Source: a virus. From it: a stretch of 39,054 nt of DNA. The stretch lies in IMG/VR virus record IMGVR_UViG_3300001263_000001; one strand, 5' to 3'. This document shows, one piece after another, positions 32,449 to 38,866 of the stretch; position 1 is the stretch's first letter, and every line of letters starts with the position of its first letter. The notes under the pieces were generated by a model that made no database searches, was not told where the DNA came from, and saw nothing but the letters and a program-made list of their open reading frames with translations. A program made the translations under genes and the position numbers.

Positions 32449-32835
32449 TCATCTCATTTCTATGTCTTGTTCTACAAGTTCCTTTATTCGTTCTGCATCA
32501 TAAATAACTGTCAGGAGTTCTCCTTTGTTAGATGTTCTGGCGGAACGACCAACATGTATAAGCTGAATGGTTATTTCTGGATGATTATCAATCAATTCTG
32601 GTAAAGATCTAATAACGTCCAAGGAATGAGTTTTAAGGAAAATCTTACCCGTGTCGGTCAAACTTGCAAAATGTTCCAGTTCATTTAAAACCTCACTGTA
32701 ATGTAAGTTCCTCGTTTCATAAAACGCATAGTTGAATATATGATTATCGTCTATGAATGGTTCCAGTAAATGGTTTTCTTTTCCAACCACAATGTTTAAA
32801 TCGGCTATGTTTTTAACGTCTATCATATCGTTCAT
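32449..32835 (-). CDS. hypothetical protein
   Basis: ATGA overlap with the upstream gene. KIFLKTHSLDVI weakly recalls the C-terminal motif of AAA_15/21 ATPases, but no Walker A is present. Confidence 0.6.
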   Translation of the reverse strand: MNDMIDVKNIADLNIVVGKENHLLEPFIDDNHIFNYAFYETRNLHYSEVLNELEHFASLTDTGKIFLKTHSLDVIRSLPELIDNHPEITIQLIHVGRSARTSNKGELLTVIYDAERIKELVEQDIEMR

Positions 32836-33218
32836 GGCTTACTGCCTAGAATTGCGTTTCCTACTTTAATTATGCGCCCATGAGGATCACTTTTCCTGCC
32901 TTTTCTTTGAAAAACAAGGCATTTCCAAAAACATCCATCAGTTGATGATTTTGGCAGATTTACACCTTCTAAGACATCTCCCTCAATAGAAAAATATCTT
33001 CCATCATGTGGGCAATGATGTCCATTTTTTCTGTGGGTTCCATCCTGCATACTTTTAAATTCTTCGCCACAAAGCCCCAAATTGCACTGCGTATCTTTTG
33101 CGCCTGATGTTTCGCTGTCAAAATATTCAATCCTATCTTTATTATTTGCTTTTTTAACCAGTGCTTTGAGTGTTTTTTTATACGACACTTTTGATTGATT
33201 TAATTTTCTATCACCCAT
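32832..33218 (-). CDS. Cys/His-rich hypothetical protein
   Basis: CNLGLCGEE...HRKNGHHCPHDG...GCFWKC. RBS GGGGTGAATT. Confidence 0.6.
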   Translation of the reverse strand: MGDRKLNQSKVSYKKTLKALVKKANNKDRIEYFDSETSGAKDTQCNLGLCGEEFKSMQDGTHRKNGHHCPHDGRYFSIEGDVLEGVNLPKSSTDGCFWKCLVFQRKGRKSDPHGRIIKVGNAILGSKP

Positions 33219-33321
33219 AATTCACCCCATTCATAGCAGCATCAACATTGATGTCATACCCAATCAAAGCCAAGCATATTGCAATAAATGCAAGCAATGC
33301 AGCCCATTGACAGACTTTGTG

Positions 33322-33468
33322 TCAGTCAAACTTTTTGAAATAATCAGGGGCTTCATAGTTGCCGTAAAGCTTTGTATCTTGACGCATAATACCTCTCTTT
33401 AATTTCTGTAAATCCTGCTTGATTAATAACGATCTTACGTCTATAATAATTTTACTTTCTACTTTCAT
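33322..33468 (-). CDS. 48-aa hypothetical protein
   Basis: ORF track 33322..33519. The upstream ATG lies inside a 9-bp-stem hairpin, so the start is moved to MKVESK behind AAAGGAAATGTAAAA. Confidence 0.5.
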   Translation of the reverse strand: MKVESKIIIDVRSLLIKQDLQKLKRGIMRQDTKLYGNYEAPDYFKKFD

Positions 33469-33509
33469 TTTTACATTTCCTTTGTTGTGAAAGTTTTTCG
33501 TGTCGTGCG

Positions 33510-33536
33510 CCCTCCCCATTCGTTACGTGGGGAGGG
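33510..33536 (+). other. strong GC hairpin; the terminator-like T-run is on the + strand only
   Basis: CCCTCCCCA-ttcgttacg-TGGGGAGGG followed by TTTTTATTTAT. It sits between two minus-strand genes. Confidence 0.5.
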
Positions 33537-33543
33537 TTTTTAT

Positions 33544-33870
33544 TTATATGCTAGCGTAAAAGTCTTCTTCTTGCTCCCGTCTTGCTTTTTTATCGCTGTA
33601 ACTCTCTTCCTCCAACCTTTCTAGATACTCATTCGGGCAATCTGGCATACGCTCATCCAGCATCTTTAAAATAGGCAATGCGACTGATAAGGCAGTTTCC
33701 TCACCAAATGTTTTTAATGCCGATATATCTAAATATTCAAGGAAATCGGTAAGTGCGTCAATTTCTGAGCATGTTACATAATCGGATGGATTTACTAAAT
33801 CATGAATCTTTTTTAAAGTTTCTTCATGTTGTTTTATTTTATAAATTGCAGTTTCTAGTTTCATATTCAA
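33544..33870 (-). CDS. hypothetical acidic protein
   Basis: Strong RBS TAGGAGTTGAAT. First gene of the minus-strand unit. Confidence 0.65.
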   Translation of the reverse strand: MNMKLETAIYKIKQHEETLKKIHDLVNPSDYVTCSEIDALTDFLEYLDISALKTFGEETALSVALPILKMLDERMPDCPNEYLERLEEESYSDKKARREQEEDFYASI

Positions 33871-33888
33871 CTCCTATGTTGTGCAAGT

Positions 33889-33917
33889 ATATTGCCTGAT
33901 TTTTTTATCCCTGTCAA
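33889..33917 (-). promoter_or_regulatory. candidate promoter of the 33870->31507 unit
   Basis: TTGACA (33917..33912), 17 nt, CAATAT (33894..33889), read on the minus strand. Confidence 0.4.
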
Positions 33918-33924
33918 CACTTAT

Positions 33925-33978
33925 CTATTAAAAAACTATTAAAAAACTATTGATAGTTTCAACCTATTGATATATAGT
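33925..33978 (+). promoter_or_regulatory. tandem repeats plus a promoter for the DUF262 unit
   Basis: CTATTAAAAAA x2 (33925-33946) and CTATTGATA x2 (33947-33955, 33964-33972). TTGATA (33950-33955), 17 nt, TATAGT (33973-33978). Confidence 0.55.
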
Positions 33979-34000
33979 GATTTTATCGAAAGGATGGAAT

Positions 34001-34399
34001 ATGGATATAAATATAACACAAGAAAAGCTGTCAATCGGTCAGCTTTACAACGAATACAAGCAAGGTGATATTATTCTATCTCCAGAATATCAAAGGGACT
34101 TTGTTTGGTCGCAAAAAATGAAGGATAAGCTTGTAGAAAGCTTTATTTTGGGCATCCCAATTCATGATATTGTTTTTGCTCAATTTTCCAATAGGGAAAA
34201 AGGCTATAGAGACGTTTTAGATGGTAAGCATCGCCTTAAGGCATTGTTTGAGCATTTGGATAATATGCAAAAGCAGGGACGAGGATTTGTTGACTTTAAG
34301 CGTAAAGGCTTAGCTATAACGGAAGTTATAGATCCAACAGAAGCGCAAGTTTTAGAAATATATAATAGGTTAAATTATGGGGGCGTAGCGCACAAATGA
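34001..34399 (+). CDS. stand-alone DUF262 (ParB/Srx-fold, GmrSD N-terminal-like) protein
   Basis: ILSPEYQRDFVWSQKMKDKLVESFILGIPIHDIVF...VLDGKHRLKAL is the DUF262 signature (PxxQRxxVW...DGQQR). ATG 34001 lies behind AAAGGATGGAAT. Confidence 0.75.
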   Translation: MDINITQEKLSIGQLYNEYKQGDIILSPEYQRDFVWSQKMKDKLVESFILGIPIHDIVFAQFSNREKGYRDVLDGKHRLKALFEHLDNMQKQGRGFVDFKRKGLAITEVIDPTEAQVLEIYNRLNYGGVAHK

Positions 34400-34599
34400 A
34401 GAAATGGAAAGATTTTTTTAATACATTTGGAACACTCGAAGACTTTGCAGTAATCTCAGGTTTTTCTGCACCAACAATCTGGCGGTGGTCAATGCAGAAT
34501 AGAGTTCCAGCAAATAAGCACAACCAGATGATTGATCTGGCTAAGGGCAACGCCGTCAAGTTAAACCACGCAATTATAAAGAAAATGGAGAAGAAATAA
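34396..34599 (+). CDS. Cro/YdaS-like small HTH protein
   Basis: LEDFAVISGFSAPTIWRWSMQNRVPANKHNQMIDLAKG follows the YdaS/Cro pattern (...VSQW...R.VPA...). ATGA overlap. Confidence 0.6.
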   Translation: MKKWKDFFNTFGTLEDFAVISGFSAPTIWRWSMQNRVPANKHNQMIDLAKGNAVKLNHAIIKKMEKK

Positions 34600-34760
34600 T
34601 GGATGAATTAGAGCAATTAAAAAAGTTTTTAGATATTGAGCTTGAAAAACATAGTAAATGGGCGGGCGAAGTTCCTGAATGGGTCATAAAAAGAAATGAG
34701 GTTATAAAAAAAATAAAAAGAAAAGTAATATGTTTGCAGCAAAAAATGGAGAAGAAATGA
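34599..34760 (+). CDS. 53-aa hypothetical protein, not in the ORF track
   Basis: TAATG overlap upstream and ATGA overlap downstream. MDELEQLKKFLDIELEKHSKW... Confidence 0.45.
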   Translation: MDELEQLKKFLDIELEKHSKWAGEVPEWVIKRNEVIKKIKRKVICLQQKMEKK

Positions 34761-34873
34761 TTAAGCTTCTCAAAGCCCTATTTACACGGCGCGACATCGA
34801 GCATGAATATCAACATGCATATGATGTGCGCGTAGACTTACTTAAAAAGATTGACACATTCATTCCGACATAA
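34757..34873 (+). CDS. 38-aa hypothetical protein, not in the ORF track
   Basis: ATGA overlap. MIKLLKALFTRRDIEHEYQHAYDVRVDLLKKIDTFIPT. Confidence 0.35.
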   Translation: MIKLLKALFTRRDIEHEYQHAYDVRVDLLKKIDTFIPT

Positions 34874-34935
34874 TAAAAATATTTTGTTTTGTTATTTTTT
34901 TAATGAGTGATGTTTTTAATATAAAGCAAAACAAC

Positions 34936-34970
34936 AAAAAGCCCCACCGTAAAAAGTGGGGCTTATTTTT
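34936..34970. terminator. bidirectional rho-independent terminator
   Basis: GCCCCAC-cgtaaaaa-GTGGGGC, with an A-run upstream and TTATTTTTATTT downstream. Lies between convergent units. Confidence 0.8.
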
Positions 34971-34993
34971 ATTTATATGGGTAAGGCATTTTT

Positions 34994-35605
34994 TTATCCA
35001 TTTTTTTTCCTTTCAAAAAAATGTTTCAAGCCTTCTTGATGGTTGGGCGATAAAGGGTCTTGCTTCCAAGTGCCATCACCAGACCTCATTAAAATTAAGC
35101 CATTATCAAAAAACATTCTTTCATAGTCTTGAGAGGTTTCAGGTACAACTTGCACCAATTTTACCTTATCCACGCCATACCCTGCCATGTGACCGCCTTT
35201 GGCATTCAAGGCTTCTCTCTTTGCATCAACCCTTGCAAAAGCTTCCTCAATTTCTTTTATCTCGGAATGTGTTATCTGTGGTGCTTCTATACCGTGATTG
35301 CTTGTAAAGGTGTCGATATGTTTCTCTACTTCACTATTAGGGATTATATGATCCTCCTCATTGTCTAATCGCAAATATTTTTTGAGATCATCTGCATTTA
35401 TGTATGTGCCTTTTACTTCTGACGGTGGGGTGTCTTCGGCATCAATAACAATGACTTTTTTAAGATCGTCTAAATAAAAGTAGCACGGTGATAAAGCAGT
35501 TTGAATTTTTGCTTTATCCGCACTTAAACCAATAACTTTAAATATACCGCCATTAGGTTTTGATATATCTCTTACCCAATCACCGACTTTAATTTCTTCA
35601 CTCAT
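34994..35605 (-). CDS. hypothetical protein
   Basis: 203 aa. RBS AAAAAGGAGAAGGCA. Last gene of the early-left operon. Confidence 0.7.
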   Translation of the reverse strand: MSEEIKVGDWVRDISKPNGGIFKVIGLSADKAKIQTALSPCYFYLDDLKKVIVIDAEDTPPSEVKGTYINADDLKKYLRLDNEEDHIIPNSEVEKHIDTFTSNHGIEAPQITHSEIKEIEEAFARVDAKREALNAKGGHMAGYGVDKVKLVQVVPETSQDYERMFFDNGLILMRSGDGTWKQDPLSPNHQEGLKHFFERKKNG

Positions 35606-35771
35606 TGCCTTCTCCTTTTTGTTTTTCTAGCATTTCTATGATGTATTCGTTTTGTATGTAAACAGCACCGATAAGCACGTTATTCAAAGTATTCACATCT
35701 TTGTCTTTTCTGAATTTATCTATCGCTTCCTGAACTGACTGCTTTACTTCCAAGTATGATTTCTTCTTCAT
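35598..35771 (-). CDS. 57-aa hypothetical protein, not in the ORF track
   Basis: MKKKSYLEVKQSVQEAIDKF... RBS AAGGAATGTT. ATGAGTGA overlap with the next gene. Confidence 0.5.
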   Translation of the reverse strand: MKKKSYLEVKQSVQEAIDKFRKDKDVNTLNNVLIGAVYIQNEYIIEMLEKQKGEGNE

Positions 35772-36057
35772 AACATTCCTTACATTTCCAGTTTTCTGTT
35801 TTTACTTTACCCATGCGCATTGTGTGCTGTGCATGGGTGGCTGGTTGACCGCATTTGCATATTTTAGGCGGCTGGTGCGGTATAAAGCGTGAAAAGTAAT
35901 AACTCTTCACCTTTTGTTTATTCTCTTCTAGCTGTGCATCTGTGAGGTCTCTATAGACTTCTTGCAGTTGACTGCATTTATGCTTTTGAAGGATTATCTT
36001 GTATTTCTTCGATGACTGTTTTTTGATAAGCGAAACCTCCCTTTTCAACATTTTCAT
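35716..36057 (-). CDS. zinc-ribbon-like small protein; start uncertain
   Basis: KICKCGQPATHAQHTMRMGKVKTENWKCKEC (CxC...CxxC). It is the only ORF covering 35772-35977. No convincing RBS. It overlaps both neighbours. Confidence 0.4.
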   Translation of the reverse strand: MKMLKREVSLIKKQSSKKYKIILQKHKCSQLQEVYRDLTDAQLEENKQKVKSYYFSRFIPHQPPKICKCGQPATHAQHTMRMGKVKTENWKCKECYEEEIILGSKAVSSGSDR

Positions 36058-36763
36058 AATTGATAAAAAAGCAAGGGTCTGATAACCCATAAGGGTTGAT
36101 TTCAAGAAACAATGCTTTTTCACTATATGGATGAAAAAAACAATCAAATACAAAATCTTTCATTTCAATGCATGGAAGTATTTTTTCGTATAGATCATTA
36201 ATTTCTTTAACAGTTTCCTTAATGCAATCCTCAGGAAAACCTTTTATTTTTGTTCCCTCATATTGGGAAATTGCAATCAATTTTCTGTCCTTAACAAAAC
36301 AACGAAACTCTTTTTGATCTAAGTAGTGATCCCATTCCGCAAAATATAAAAATATCTTTTCTTCTGATAGTTGAAGTAAGTGTATGTCGTCAAAAGCTCT
36401 CATGCTAGAACTAAGGCTTTCAAAAACCTCTTCTTCTGAGAAGCATTTTATTGTTGCATCTTTTGGACTTCTTCTGTTTAGTCTTACAAATTTAGCTCTT
36501 CCCGTTGCGAAGGCAGGCTTAATCAGTTCTAAAAATTGTTTTTTAGACTGCTCACATACATTTCCGTCTGCCATATTTAAAAAAAACTGTGAGTATTCGG
36601 TAATGTCAAACTTGTAGCAAAAAGAAGGCACTTTATGTTTTAATAACCCTTCTGACCAGTTGTTAATCAGGAATTTAAATTCGTATTTATGTCGTTCTTT
36701 CATTTCTCTAGGCGTGGGCATTTTCGAAAAATCTGGTATAGGTATTGTTTTTAATTCAGTCAT
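35978..36763 (-). CDS. CDC123/D123-family ATP-grasp protein (eukaryote-like)
   Basis: KFVRLNRRSPKDA, EFRCFVKDRKLIAISQ, DFVFDCFF and FLEINPYGLSDPCFF parallel human CDC123 FPKLNWSAPRDA, EFRCFVKENKLIGISQ, DFVFDIY and LIDFNPFGEVTDSLLF (recollection). Start moved to Met28 (36763), 15 nt after the SSB stop. Confidence 0.85.
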   Translation of the reverse strand: MTELKTIPIPDFSKMPTPREMKERHKYEFKFLINNWSEGLLKHKVPSFCYKFDITEYSQFFLNMADGNVCEQSKKQFLELIKPAFATGRAKFVRLNRRSPKDATIKCFSEEEVFESLSSSMRAFDDIHLLQLSEEKIFLYFAEWDHYLDQKEFRCFVKDRKLIAISQYEGTKIKGFPEDCIKETVKEINDLYEKILPCIEMKDFVFDCFFHPYSEKALFLEINPYGLSDPCFFINYENVEKGGFAYQKTVIEEIQDNPSKA

Positions 36764-36777
36764 GTTAAAACTTTCAA

Positions 36778-37143
36778 TTATTGTGGATAGATCGGTGCTT
36801 GTGGGTCGTGCGGATTGTAGTGCTGTGATTGTGGATTTTTCCATGGGTTATCGAAGTCATAAGAAGAAACATCTATGAAAATATCCTCAACCCCTCGACC
36901 GTCTTTTAACGGTCTAATTGTGCCATTAACGGTGATTTTCATGCCTGATTTCAGGTTATCCATGATGTATTGGTTTCCAAACGCCGCAATGCATTTAAGC
37001 CAAACTGTTTTCTTTTCACGATTGCCGTTTACAGTTTTGTACTGATTGTCTGCAACTGTAAACGCTGCTTTTTCCTTGCCGTCTTTGGTGAATGAAACAG
37101 GGTCATCTTTGACCCTGCCTGTAACTGATACGCTATTGACCAT
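36778..37143 (-). CDS. ssb: single-stranded DNA-binding protein (OB fold), atypical C-terminus
   Basis: VSVTGRVKDDPVSFTKDGKEKAAFTVADN...REKKTVWLKCIAAFGNQYIMDNLKSGMKITVNGTI follows the SSB OB-fold pattern. TAATG overlap with the exonuclease gene. The C-terminus PHDPQAPIYPQ lacks the usual acidic tip. Confidence 0.8.
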   Translation of the reverse strand: MVNSVSVTGRVKDDPVSFTKDGKEKAAFTVADNQYKTVNGNREKKTVWLKCIAAFGNQYIMDNLKSGMKITVNGTIRPLKDGRGVEDIFIDVSSYDFDNPWKNPQSQHYNPHDPQAPIYPQ

Positions 37144-37910
37144 TATTTTTCCTCTGTCTGTAGGTTTTCTTTGCGTGACTTGCACAATTGCACTGGTGAT
37201 TGGATATGTGTAGATGCACTTAAATCCATTATTTTATTTTTACTCAAAAGTTCCATACTTTTAATTGGTTTTTCAATTTCAAAGCCACGATTTTTTAAAA
37301 TCTGTATTCCATTTTCAATAAGATAATTAAATTCGTGTAACTGCTCTTTTAAGAGGTTGATAAACTTTTCATCTCTGTAAGTTCTAACTAAAGATGGTGG
37401 TAAATCTGGGTGATAAGAAAACCAGTCAACCCATTCAAGATCTGCCGTAAGCATTTGCCCTTGCACCTGTTGGAAATATTTTTTATCAATCTTTCCGTCA
37501 TCTTGCATAAACACATTTTTTACATGTCTTGCGTATTGGGGGCATTTAATTTCAGCTGCTCCGACAAGGTTTTTTCCCTCGTAAATCCTTACATCTGGCG
37601 ATGCGCCATAGGTAATTTGGTCATCTGTAAAAAAACCACCACTTTTAATTTCGGTGTCTGTCAAAAGCTCATAAGTCTTTATTGCGGTTTCTTCGTTATC
37701 CTTCCCCCATTGCATAGCAAAAGTGTCAAACTCTTGTGTAATAGGTCGCCCCATATATATTTCAGCGACACACTCATAAGCGTAATCTTGCGCTTGTGTG
37801 CTGGGATTGCCAGATAATGTAATTATTCTATTAAATGCGCTTGCTGTTGGTATTCCAGCCCTTGCCATATACCAATCATCGGTATTTTGCTCTACATCCC
37901 AAAACTTCAT
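37143..37910 (-). CDS. YqaJ-like (lambda-Exo-type) recombination exonuclease
   Basis: EQNTDDWYMARAGIPTASAFNRI, YGASPDV and AAEIKCP are YqaJ PD-(D/E)XK motifs. Confidence 0.85.
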   Translation of the reverse strand: MKFWDVEQNTDDWYMARAGIPTASAFNRIITLSGNPSTQAQDYAYECVAEIYMGRPITQEFDTFAMQWGKDNEETAIKTYELLTDTEIKSGGFFTDDQITYGASPDVRIYEGKNLVGAAEIKCPQYARHVKNVFMQDDGKIDKKYFQQVQGQMLTADLEWVDWFSYHPDLPPSLVRTYRDEKFINLLKEQLHEFNYLIENGIQILKNRGFEIEKPIKSMELLSKNKIMDLSASTHIQSPVQLCKSRKENLQTEEK

Positions 37911-38632
37911 AATGATTTACCCACTTTTGATAAAAGTAATCTATGAGCTTCTTGAAATTTAGATAGCTTCACATTTAGCATACTATCAACGCCGCAAAAT
38001 TGCATAAACTTTTCTCTATCTGTTTTTGTGTTAATAACAAGTTTTTCAAGCAATTCAGCTTGCTCTTGTGAAATAACCTGACTTTGATATATTTCTGAAC
38101 CCTCTGTTGTTTCAGTGATGTCTAAAGCGTTTATAAAGTTGGTACGCTTGCCAAAGCTTGCCGTGGACTTTGCCGCTTGCATAGGGCTTTTCAGGGCGTT
38201 TGTGCTATCCATAGGAGTAACAAAATCAAAAACTTCACTGTGTCCGCCTATGTGACGCAAAACAGATGAAACAACCATTTTCCCGTCTAATTGTTTTGTT
38301 TTGTGTGAAAAAGTAAACCCATACTTTTCTAAAATTGGGTTTATATGCTCGTGCAAATCTTCATATTTGGAATATCGGGAAGTTATATTGCCAGCTTTGT
38401 TTTTTATAGCTCCCTTTTGAATTATCATTGGGAGGTCTTTTTTAAGAGCAAAAAAGGATTGGTTATATTCCAGTTCCGCTTGCTTATCCATCATCTTAAT
38501 CTGGACTTCTAGCAAACGCTCCATTTTGCTGACATCTACGTCTTTATCTTTTGCAGCTGTTGCAATAACATTAATCATGTCTTGCGCTACTGATGTGCTT
38601 TTTTCATCATCTTTGATAGTTAAATCACTCAT
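37907..38632 (-). CDS. erf: ERF-family single-strand annealing protein
   Basis: KNKAGNITSRYSKYEDLHEHINPILEKYGF parallels P22 Erf KNQYNSFGKYKYRSCEDILEGVKPLLKG, and AAKSTASFGKRTNFINALDI parallels GATSSYARKYCLNGLFGI (recollection). Start moved to MSDLTIKD behind GAAAGGCAGAAA. Confidence 0.75.
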   Translation of the reverse strand: MSDLTIKDDEKSTSVAQDMINVIATAAKDKDVDVSKMERLLEVQIKMMDKQAELEYNQSFFALKKDLPMIIQKGAIKNKAGNITSRYSKYEDLHEHINPILEKYGFTFSHKTKQLDGKMVVSSVLRHIGGHSEVFDFVTPMDSTNALKSPMQAAKSTASFGKRTNFINALDITETTEGSEIYQSQVISQEQAELLEKLVINTKTDREKFMQFCGVDSMLNVKLSKFQEAHRLLLSKVGKSL

Positions 38633-38666
38633 TTTCTGCCTTTCAAGTGCCGTTGTTCGCTCGGCT

Positions 38667-38695
38667 ATTTTACAAACATGCTTTGTAAAATGCAA
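38667..38695 (-). promoter_or_regulatory. sigma70-like promoter of the early-left (erf) operon with a palindromic operator in the spacer
   Basis: Minus strand: TTGCAT (38695..38690), 17 nt, TAAAAT (38672..38667). It contains TTTTACAAA-N5-TTTGTAAAA (38668-38690). About 30 nt upstream of the erf ATG. Confidence 0.65.
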
Positions 38696-38735
38696 GCCTT
38701 ATTTTTATTATTTTTGCAGAAAATGAAAAAAATTA

Positions 38736-38793
38736 GGTAGGCAAAAGGTAGACGAAAGGTAGACGAAACGGTAGAGCAAACGGTAGACGAAAT
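38736..38793. repeat. five tandem 11-12-bp direct repeats, GGTAGACGAAA(C)
   Basis: GGTAGGCAAAA, GGTAGACGAAA, GGTAGACGAAAC, GGTAGAGCAAAC, GGTAGACGAAAT. They lie upstream of the erf promoter and downstream of the RHH terminator. Confidence 0.85.
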
Positions 38794-38827
38794 GCAGAGT
38801 AACAAAAATTTAAAGGCGTTTCGGGCA
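38794..38827. repeat. second copy of the two modules that form the promoter region at 534..569 (order swapped)
   Basis: GCAGAGTAACAAAAA (38794-38808; also at 553-567) and AAATTTAAAGGCGTTTCGGGCA (38806-38827; also at 534-554 with a 1-nt indel). Confidence 0.8.
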
Positions 38828-38828
38828 A

Positions 38829-38860
38829 TAAAAAAACCCTAGTAATTAAGTTTACTAGGG
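38829..38860 (-). terminator. rho-independent terminator after the RHH gene
   Basis: CCCTAGTAA-ttaagt-TTACTAGGG, a 9-bp stem followed on the minus strand by T7. Confidence 0.75.
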
Positions 38861-38866
38861 TTGTGT

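Noticed and set aside
32449-32835. Annotating 32449..32835 as a truncated AAA_15/21 (OLD/ABC-type) ATPase on the basis of KIFLKTHSLDVI.
   Set aside because: Only one short motif matches, and there is no Walker A or B. Left as hypothetical.
34903-35307. ORF-track gene 34903..35307 (+) and 35129..35368 (+).
   Set aside because: They start inside or before the bidirectional terminator and run antisense to 34994..35605, which has a strong RBS and operon context.
36010-36030. Programmed ribosomal frameshift at TATCAAAAAACAG joining the CDC123-like and zinc-ribbon frames.
   Set aside because: The A6 run is not a canonical X_XXY_YYZ heptamer in the zero frame, and the required shift is +1. It is kept only as a low-interest check, not as a feature.
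38736-38793. Possibility that the GGTAGACGAAA array, the hexamer arrays at the ends, or the 33925-33972 repeats form a CRISPR array.
   Set aside because: The units are contiguous (no spacers), only 6-12 bp long and partly degenerate. No cas genes are present.
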